A stretch of 64,000 nt of DNA from Candidatus Rifleibacteriota bacterium (lineage in GTDB: Bacteria; Muiribacteriota; Ozemobacteria; Ozemobacterales; Ozemobacteraceae), in contig JANJUP010000022.1 of assembly GCA_024710525.1 (NCBI GenBank), positions 128,001-192,000 on the forward strand, given 5' to 3'. Both the position numbers and the translations under genes were made by a program. The notes under the pieces are model-generated. The model worked only from the letters and a program-made list of their open reading frames with translations, was not told the DNA's origin and made no database searches. Positions within the stretch are counted from its first letter, which is position 1. Every line of letters starts with the position of its first letter. Below, one piece after another: positions 7,850 through 15,232 of this stretch.

Positions 7850-10804
7850 ATGAAAAGTGCCAGCACAGACACTTCCACTAATATTTTTGTCAGGTTCAGG
7901 CTGCTGACCTGGCTGGGAGCGTTTTTCTGTTTCGTTCTGGTGCCGGCTCTTCTGATAAATGAAGCGCTGGGCAGCATGCTGCAGCTGCGCAGCGACAAGG
8001 AGCGCCGGCAGCTGTTCAAGGAAATGGATGACCGTCTCAGCTACCTGACCCGGCACGCTGATGAATCGCATTATTACCATTCGCTGCTGAAAAATGCCTT
8101 CAAAAAAGCTTCGCAGAGCGCGCGACCCCTCGATGAGTTTGCCGGCAGCATTGAGTTGCTGCGCCGGCGGTTTCCCGGGGCGCTCAGGTTTATTGTCTGG
8201 GATGCAGATGGCCGGGTGGTGGACCGGCTTACTGACGAGAAGAGCTATCGTTACATCGTCAACAACCTTTTTGAGTTTTTCAGGGAGATTGCAGGTCATT
8301 GCCGCAGCAATTACCCGGGTGAGCCCGAACAACTGACGATCGTCGAAAAGCGCATCAACCTCTTCAGGTCATACCTCGGGCGTTTTCTGGTTCCGCATCA
8401 TCTCAGACTGCCTTTCCAGGCAGGCGAACACGGCCGCTGCGTGCTGGCCGACAGCTCAGATGGTTTTCCGCTCTTCTGGTTTGATTCAAACAGTTCGCTG
8501 ACGGTTTTTTGTGCGATAAAAAATCAGCTGTTCCGTAATCCTGGTGTCAGGCACGCGGTCGAGGTGCTCAACCGGCCAGATGATCCCCTGAAGTGCGGGT
8601 TTATCGAAATGGGTGATGTCGGTCGTAAAATTGTCGGCATCAGTGATGCCGAACAGCGCCAGGTTCTTCTCGAACTCGGAAAATTCGAGAACGCTGGCCT
8701 GCCGCACCGGCAGACAGACGATTATCTCATGGCTTTCAAGCTGCTTTCGCCAGATCTGCGAGGCTTCTGTCTCGTGCATCGCGGCGCGCTCAGGCTTGGC
8801 TACCCCGATCGGCGGCGTTACGAAATTCTTACCCGGCTTTTTCTGGTCATAATCCTTATTTTGTGGGTGTTTTACTGTTACACACTGCGTTTGCCGAGAC
8901 TGAGTGTTTCGATACGCACGCGTATTGCCTTTTTGTTTCTCTACGCGAATGGTCTGCCGCTGATGATTCTCGGTACTATCGGCTATGAATATCTGCAGCA
9001 GCGCGAAGACGCGTTGATCGGCGAGGTGCATGCCCGTAATGAAAGGGTTCTTCAGGAAATCGACTCGGGCTATCGCCGTCACAAAATTGCGATGAATCGG
9101 CGCACTTTTGCCGAACTCGACAGTTTTTGCCGTGAAGTGCAGACGCGACTGCCAGGGCGAAACGATTACGAAAGGCTGAAACAAGCCGTGCATGCGCTTG
9201 ACGCTGAAGAACTCACGATTTATGGCGAAAGCGGTGATACGATCGTGGGCTACCGGCGTAACCGCAAACCGGCCGGCCAGACCTTCATGCGGATGTTTGC
9301 CACAAGTGCGATAGCCTTTGCCAATCAAACCGAAGAGACCTTTTCATTTGGCGGCCGCGACGGAAAGTCGCGCCTGGCGATCACCAGTAATACCATTGTT
9401 AATGACCACCGGTCGCTGCTCGAAAATCTTCTCAATACCCTCGATTCGGTCGAGCTTTACAGCTTTGGCACCGGGCTGAAACTTTGTTTTGCGCGTCTTC
9501 TCGGAGACCATATCGGCAGAAATATTCATTCAGCAATGGTTATAACCTGGGATCTCGAAGAGACCGAGGCAATTTACGCTGCCCAGCAGGTCGAACGCGG
9601 CAATGAAAACCGCAGCGAGAAAGCTTTTGCCGCGATTTCGGCGGTGACCGGTCAGATGTTTTCGCGGCCGGGCATGCGCGAAGAGACCCTGAGACGTGTT
9701 ATGCAGAAGGCAATGAATATTCAGTCGGCCCACGAAAATTATGTGTTGCTGCAGGGAAAAAGCAGCCTGATCACTGCTATCGCGGGCCGCCAGATGGGCA
9801 GCATCGCTCTGGCTGCCATTGTGCCGGCTGATCAGATCGTTGCTGAACTCGAGGCGACCTGGCAGCAGATGCTGGCGCTGGCGCTGCTGAGTATTTTTAT
9901 CATCAGTGCGGTCATTACCGCTTTGAGCCGGCAGTTTCTCAAGCCTGTCAGGCAGCTGGCAGAAGCGGTCAGGCAGATAGGTCAGCGCAATTTTTCCTAT
10001 CGAACCAGTATTGAAAGTCTCGATGAGTTCGGCGAACTCGGTGGAGTCTTCAATATGACGATGGAAGGCATGGCCGAGCTTGAAATCGGCCGGATCGTTC
10101 AGGAAGCCCTGTTGCCCGATCAGGGGTATCATAACAACAGAATCGGCATCTTTGCCAGAACCGCTACCATGACAAAACTCGGCGGCGACTATTATGACTA
10201 TCTGAAGCTTTCAGAGACGCAAACCGGTGTATTCATGGGCGATGTCGCCGGGCACGGTATTCCGGCCGCGATTATCATGGCGATGGCCAAGGCGACGGTT
10301 CTCGTTAACCGACCCCTTCTCACTGACCCGGCGGCTCTGCTTTCTGCGCTGCATGATATGCTTTTCAGACTTAAAAGTGACGGTTTTAAACGTATGATGA
10401 CCTGTCAGTATCTGGTAATCAACGATCAGACCGGTGAAGTGCAGATTGCCAATGCCGGGCACTGTTTTCCGGTTGTGGTTGGCAGTAACGGCAGCTATTC
10501 AAGAATGGAAGAGATTATCGGTACTCCGGTCGGCATCGCCCGCAAGGCGCGCTATAAAAACCACCAGATACAGCTGCAGCCGGGTGAAACACTGATTCTT
10601 TACAGCGACGGGCTGATCGAGGCGACCAGTGCTGCCGGCGATGTTTTTGGTCCTGATCAACTGCTTGAGCTGGTAAAAAGTGTCTGGAGCGAGAATCTCG
10701 AACAGTTCTATCAGAACCTCTTTCAGGCAAACCGTGCCTGGGTTAAGTCGGTAGATGACGACCTGACAATTGTTCTGGTCAGGTTCGAAAGGAGCAGCTG
10801 CTGA
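7850..10804 (+). CDS. Membrane sensor protein, subtype A: 4 TM, two extracytoplasmic domains, HAMP, PP2C/SpoIIE Ser/Thr phosphatase (paralog A1)
   Basis: 984 aa. Hydrophobic segments lie near residues ~20-40, ~325-345, ~355-375 and ~680-700. A HAMP-like linker (...DEFGELGGVFNMTMEGM...) precedes a PP2C/SpoIIE domain (GDVAGHGIPAAIIMAMAK...YSDGLIEA...DDDLTIVLV). Stop overlaps the start of the next gene (TGATG). Confidence 0.85.
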   Translation: MKSASTDTSTNIFVRFRLLTWLGAFFCFVLVPALLINEALGSMLQLRSDKERRQLFKEMDDRLSYLTRHADESHYYHSLLKNAFKKASQSARPLDEFAGSIELLRRRFPGALRFIVWDADGRVVDRLTDEKSYRYIVNNLFEFFREIAGHCRSNYPGEPEQLTIVEKRINLFRSYLGRFLVPHHLRLPFQAGEHGRCVLADSSDGFPLFWFDSNSSLTVFCAIKNQLFRNPGVRHAVEVLNRPDDPLKCGFIEMGDVGRKIVGISDAEQRQVLLELGKFENAGLPHRQTDDYLMAFKLLSPDLRGFCLVHRGALRLGYPDRRRYEILTRLFLVIILILWVFYCYTLRLPRLSVSIRTRIAFLFLYANGLPLMILGTIGYEYLQQREDALIGEVHARNERVLQEIDSGYRRHKIAMNRRTFAELDSFCREVQTRLPGRNDYERLKQAVHALDAEELTIYGESGDTIVGYRRNRKPAGQTFMRMFATSAIAFANQTEETFSFGGRDGKSRLAITSNTIVNDHRSLLENLLNTLDSVELYSFGTGLKLCFARLLGDHIGRNIHSAMVITWDLEETEAIYAAQQVERGNENRSEKAFAAISAVTGQMFSRPGMREETLRRVMQKAMNIQSAHENYVLLQGKSSLITAIAGRQMGSIALAAIVPADQIVAELEATWQQMLALALLSIFIISAVITALSRQFLKPVRQLAEAVRQIGQRNFSYRTSIESLDEFGELGGVFNMTMEGMAELEIGRIVQEALLPDQGYHNNRIGIFARTATMTKLGGDYYDYLKLSETQTGVFMGDVAGHGIPAAIIMAMAKATVLVNRPLLTDPAALLSALHDMLFRLKSDGFKRMMTCQYLVINDQTGEVQIANAGHCFPVVVGSNGSYSRMEEIIGTPVGIARKARYKNHQIQLQPGETLILYSDGLIEATSAAGDVFGPDQLLELVKSVWSENLEQFYQNLFQANRAWVKSVDDDLTIVLVRFERSSC

Positions 10805-13788
10805 TGAAAATTCTGCCGCGCTATCTGCTGCTCTGGTTTGCCCAGATATTTCTGTTCGTGCTGATTCCGGTTCTGCTTTTTTATGGCGGTTTCAGCCATA
10901 TTGAAAAACTTCGCAGCACTGCTCTGGTAAAAATTGTTGAGCAGAGTCTCGAAAACGAGATGCAAAGCTTTGAAGCTCAGGTTGATACTGAGAGGTTTTT
11001 GTCGCGGCTGTTTCGTGAGACTTATCACGCAAATCGGGTGGCCTCGGCCGCTTTAGCCTTTGGCGAACTGCACGCCAGGCTGAATGGCTCGTTCGATTAC
11101 CTGCTCTGGGATGATTCAGACAGCTTTATTGGCGGCTCGATACAGCCAGATGCACTTTCTGGCGACTGGAGCCTGGCCTTGAATTCTCTGAAGAAGCCTT
11201 TCAAAAAAAGTGACAGAGAAGTCGTCGCCGATGAAAATGAAATGACAAACCTGAGAAGAATGTTTGGGCCGCAGATTGTGCTGCATACGGTCGATAACTG
11301 TGTTTCTGAACGTGGTGAAAAGCTTCTCTGGTGTGACAGCACCGGCCGTCGACCATTGCTGTGGGTTGGTTTCAGGCTTGGCTACATGGCGGTTATTCTG
11401 GTAAAACCCGAAAATGCTGCCGGAACTGCCGGTCTGGAATATTATCTCAAATATCGTCAGTCAGAAAAAAGCATTTTTCGCCCTGGTTTTGTTAAAGGCC
11501 AGAACTGGGTTGCAGCACAATCGCTGCCGGATAACCCGGAAAATCTGCAGAAGCTCATCAGGCACGAAATGATGCCTGGTGAACGTCTCGAGACCGACAG
11601 GGCGTTTTATTATGCCAGAGTTATTGAAGATGATCTGACGCTGTTTGCTTTTGTTGAAAAGGCTGCTGGCGTAGTGCCCGAGCAGGCGAAAGCCAGCCTG
11701 GCGGCATTGCTTGTTTTTATGCTGCTGTTGCCGTGGGTGGTTGTCAGCGGACGTGCCGCTCTCAAGGGCAGCGGATTGAAAATGTCGATTTCGCGCAAAC
11801 TGGCGCTTTTGTTCGTTTATGCGAATGGTCTGCCGCTGCTGATGCTTTTCTTTGCCGGTTATGACTTCATGCATCAGAAAGAGCTGGCCCTTTACGACGA
11901 GATACATCAGCAGGGAACACATTTTCTGCAGAACCTCGATGAGCGATTTGAATCGGAGCATGCGCTGCAGATTGTCAATATTCAGGCCGGGCTGGATAAA
12001 TTCAGGGCCGATGTGCGGCAGCAGGGGCTGAACCTTGAAAATTACCGGGCTCTGGTCGACAAGGTATATTCGGTCGTTGAATCGCGTGGCAATGTGCGTT
12101 TTTATCTGATTGCCAGCGAAACCGATATTTTTGGAACCGGCGATTCGCTTTATGTCGGCGACAAGCGTCAGGCGCTGGTGTCAGAGATTATTGACAGTGC
12201 CGACCTGAGGCGTGGCGATGAAAAAAAAGTGCTTAATTCACTTGGGCGTTTTATCATGGCCAGTCTTAATGGCCGACCGCCTGACCCGCGTTCTTCGACC
12301 GAAGTCGAATTGATTGCCGAATCGGCGATGCAGAAACCTCTCATCGAGGTGCAGCATGATTTTATCGCCAATAACGGCAAAATTGACGTGTGGGGCATGG
12401 GTACCAACAAAAGCCCGGCCTGTCTGAATCTGATTTCGATCAATGACGACCGGCAGGTAGACTACATGGGCATTGTCAACTGGAACCCGCATGTCATGGA
12501 GAACCTCTATCTGAAACGGCAGTTTCTCAGCGCCAATCGCAATATCATCGACCTGAAGGTGGGGGTTATTCATGAAGTTGCCGGGATTTTCCTGCCCGAA
12601 AAATTTCCGGACCGTGAAACCATGGTGAAACGGGTACGCAGCTTTACTTCAAAACCTTGCCCGTCCCGCGAATTTGTCAGCATCGGCACGCAGACTTATC
12701 TGTTGATGGGTTTTACCGGCAGATATCTGACCAATTATCAATTATTTGGGCTGTATCCGGTTGATAAGGTAAAAAGTCAGATCAGTCGTGAAAAAACAGG
12801 CCTGTTTTTTGCCGGTCTCGTATCTTTACTGATAACCATAATACTTGGACAGTTTCTGGCGCAGAGTTTTCTTTTTCCTTTGCAGAAGCTTTACGCCGGT
12901 GCTGAAGCAATCAGATCGCGAAACTTTGCGCTGCGACTGCCGTTTCTCGGTCGCGACGAATTTGGCGAAATGGCTGAGATATTCAACACAACGATGGTCG
13001 ACCTTGAAGAACTGCAGGTCGCCGGGGTAATTCAGGAACATCTGCTGCCCCGTCAGATGCCTGAGTGCGGGCGTTTCAGGGTTTTTGGCCGTATCGTTTC
13101 GATGGGCGAGCTCGGCGGTGATTATTTCGATTATTTCAATACTTCTGCCGGGCGCTTCAGTTTGCTGATCGGTGATGTGGCCGGGCGCGGGGCCGGCGCG
13201 GCCTTGATCATGGCGATGGCCAAAGCTGCAATAATGCAGTTTTCAGATGTCGTAGAGAAACCGCAGATTCTCGCCATGCGTTTGCACGAGCTGATTCAGG
13301 CGGCTGGCAGAAGGACCCGCAAGACGATGATCATGCAGTATCTCAATCTCAACGGTGCCGACGGTACCGGAGTTTACACCAATGCCGGAGGCTGGCCGCC
13401 GTTGATAGTTAATCCACGTTCGGGCGCGGTTCGCGAGATTACTCTGCCCGGCCCGATGCTGGGGGCATTGAACCGGCCGAAGTTTGGTGCCGCCGAAATT
13501 TCTCTGCAGCCGGGCGAAGCGGTGATTTTTTACAGCGACGGGGTGATCGAGGCACGAAACATGGCCGGCGAAATTCTCGGGCTTGCCAGGCTCAAACAGA
13601 TGGCGGTGCATTGTTTCGACGCCGAGCCGCAAAAATACTTTGACAGGCTGCTTGAGGCGCATCGTGAATTTGTCGGCGCTACCAGGGCCCAGGATGACAT
13701 GACGCTGCTGATCGCCATTTTTGGCGACCAGCAGCATTCAGTTGATGCTAAACCGGCTCAGGCTGACGTTGTGACTGAGGCCGTCTGA
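10804..13788 (+). CDS. Membrane sensor protein, subtype B: 4 TM, HAMP, PP2C/SpoIIE phosphatase (paralog B1)
   Basis: 994 aa with the same architecture as A1. Subtype-B signatures: HAMP ...LGRDEFGEMAEIFN..., phosphatase GDVAGRGAGAALIMAMAK. The 3' end overlaps a convergent membrane-protein gene by 31 nt. Confidence 0.85.
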   Translation: MKILPRYLLLWFAQIFLFVLIPVLLFYGGFSHIEKLRSTALVKIVEQSLENEMQSFEAQVDTERFLSRLFRETYHANRVASAALAFGELHARLNGSFDYLLWDDSDSFIGGSIQPDALSGDWSLALNSLKKPFKKSDREVVADENEMTNLRRMFGPQIVLHTVDNCVSERGEKLLWCDSTGRRPLLWVGFRLGYMAVILVKPENAAGTAGLEYYLKYRQSEKSIFRPGFVKGQNWVAAQSLPDNPENLQKLIRHEMMPGERLETDRAFYYARVIEDDLTLFAFVEKAAGVVPEQAKASLAALLVFMLLLPWVVVSGRAALKGSGLKMSISRKLALLFVYANGLPLLMLFFAGYDFMHQKELALYDEIHQQGTHFLQNLDERFESEHALQIVNIQAGLDKFRADVRQQGLNLENYRALVDKVYSVVESRGNVRFYLIASETDIFGTGDSLYVGDKRQALVSEIIDSADLRRGDEKKVLNSLGRFIMASLNGRPPDPRSSTEVELIAESAMQKPLIEVQHDFIANNGKIDVWGMGTNKSPACLNLISINDDRQVDYMGIVNWNPHVMENLYLKRQFLSANRNIIDLKVGVIHEVAGIFLPEKFPDRETMVKRVRSFTSKPCPSREFVSIGTQTYLLMGFTGRYLTNYQLFGLYPVDKVKSQISREKTGLFFAGLVSLLITIILGQFLAQSFLFPLQKLYAGAEAIRSRNFALRLPFLGRDEFGEMAEIFNTTMVDLEELQVAGVIQEHLLPRQMPECGRFRVFGRIVSMGELGGDYFDYFNTSAGRFSLLIGDVAGRGAGAALIMAMAKAAIMQFSDVVEKPQILAMRLHELIQAAGRRTRKTMIMQYLNLNGADGTGVYTNAGGWPPLIVNPRSGAVREITLPGPMLGALNRPKFGAAEISLQPGEAVIFYSDGVIEARNMAGEILGLARLKQMAVHCFDAEPQKYFDRLLEAHREFVGATRAQDDMTLLIAIFGDQQHSVDAKPAQADVVTEAV

Positions 13789-14996
13789 CTCTCGGTGCTG
13801 TTGTCTGCGGGTTTTTCGCCATCAGGGTTATCATCACTGCCGTTGCGGCTGAGGCTGAAGAAAAAACCGGTGAGCAGCAGAACGAAAGAACCCGACATCA
13901 GAATGCCTGCCCACGCCGTGCGCGACAGTGACGAGCCATAATCGACGGCTACTTTTGCGCCGGTCATCAACTGCTGACCGGCGTGCCACAGGCCGGTAAG
14001 GGCGAGAACCCCGGCATTGACATGGTTGCATCGGGTGAGCCAGGTTGCCACAAGGCCGGCAACAAGCAGAGCGTGGTTAATCAGCACCGGAGCACTGAAA
14101 TCGGGTGCTGAAGCCTTGATGATGATCAGATAGACAAGCATGACGGTGCTGTCGTGAATGTTGATGTTATCGCGTGATCCGAGGAGATGGCGCCAGAGGG
14201 TCTGGGCGAAAAAAGCGGCAGCCAGCAGCCACGGCGCGATGATTGTTCCGATTGACAGAGTCGGGGCGATGAATCTGTAGGAGTCGCTCATGACTGTGGC
14301 ACTCATCTGCAGGGGCAGCACGACGAACGGAAAAATCAGCAGCCAGCGCCAGAACGTCGTTTCATTGCCGAGGTATTCATTGGCAACTTCGGTCTTGAGG
14401 TTGTTGTTACGCCAGTTTTCGATGATCAGGGGCAGGTGAATCAGCGCTGCGATGAGCCAGAGTGAATAAAAGACGTATGAGCCGTCAAAATAGCCGAAGC
14501 TTTCTCTGCCAATTGAATCGACGAGATAATAACCGACTTTCGGGGCGACCCAGATCAGCGAAAATGCCCCGGCGGCGAAGAACAGGCGAGTGTGATGCAC
14601 TGTCAGGCCAAGAACTTTGATGACCGCTGCGAGTTTAACCGCCGCCATCAGCATGTAGACGCCGGTGGCGATACCGCCGGCTGCGGTGCTGAGACCCGAG
14701 ATACGCACCTGATAAAAAGTCAGGTCACCGAGAAAAAGCAGCACGAAGAAGAGCAGCAGTTTGCCGTGCTGTGGCTGAATCTTTTTCTTGAGCAGATACA
14801 GAGCCATTGCCACCATGATAATCTCGTAGATATTCTGAACCAGAAAAAAGCCGCTTACTGCCAGGCTTGAAACTTTGCCGGTTTCAAGCTCTGAGCCGAC
14901 GAGGTAGAGACCGCCAAGCATGAGAACGACGCTCAGCAGATACAGGGGGTTGTTGTTTCTGAACCATTGTGACAGCCCGTTTGCGTTGCCGCTCAT
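13758..14996 (-). CDS. Polytopic integral membrane protein (about 10-12 TM), unknown function
   Basis: The six-frame ORF runs 13758..15092. The internal ATG at 14996 (MSGNANGL...) has a strong RBS (GGAGGTG, 6-nt spacing) and is preferred. The protein is very hydrophobic throughout. It sits between sensor pair 1 and pair 2 on the opposite strand. Confidence 0.6.
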   Translation of the reverse strand: MSGNANGLSQWFRNNNPLYLLSVVLMLGGLYLVGSELETGKVSSLAVSGFFLVQNIYEIIMVAMALYLLKKKIQPQHGKLLLFFVLLFLGDLTFYQVRISGLSTAAGGIATGVYMLMAAVKLAAVIKVLGLTVHHTRLFFAAGAFSLIWVAPKVGYYLVDSIGRESFGYFDGSYVFYSLWLIAALIHLPLIIENWRNNNLKTEVANEYLGNETTFWRWLLIFPFVVLPLQMSATVMSDSYRFIAPTLSIGTIIAPWLLAAAFFAQTLWRHLLGSRDNINIHDSTVMLVYLIIIKASAPDFSAPVLINHALLVAGLVATWLTRCNHVNAGVLALTGLWHAGQQLMTGAKVAVDYGSSLSRTAWAGILMSGSFVLLLTGFFFSLSRNGSDDNPDGEKPADNSTESQTASVTTSA

Positions 14997-15173
14997 GACG
15001 CACCTCCAGCAAATAATGAATAATAAAGGGGGGAATAATAATGATAAATTGTACAGCGCAAAGAATGTGCCAACTTGAAACCCTTTATTCAAGCAGGTTT
15101 TTGCAGAACGACCGCGTCGTTTGTGTCATGGGTGCGGCAGTTATGTCGCATCAGGCAATTTAAATCAGAAACT

Positions 15174-15201
15174 TTGCAAGTTGCCGCTTTTGCGGTATGC
15201 T
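15174..15201 (+). promoter_or_regulatory. Candidate sigma70-type promoter TTGCAA-16-TATGCT for the second sensor operon
   Basis: Good -35/-10 match. The -10 overlaps the upstream-most ATG (15197) of the A2 six-frame ORF, which argues that A2 really starts at 15233. Confidence 0.45.
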
Positions 15202-15232
15202 GTCTGCATCTGCAGGTCGTTTAAGGGAATCA

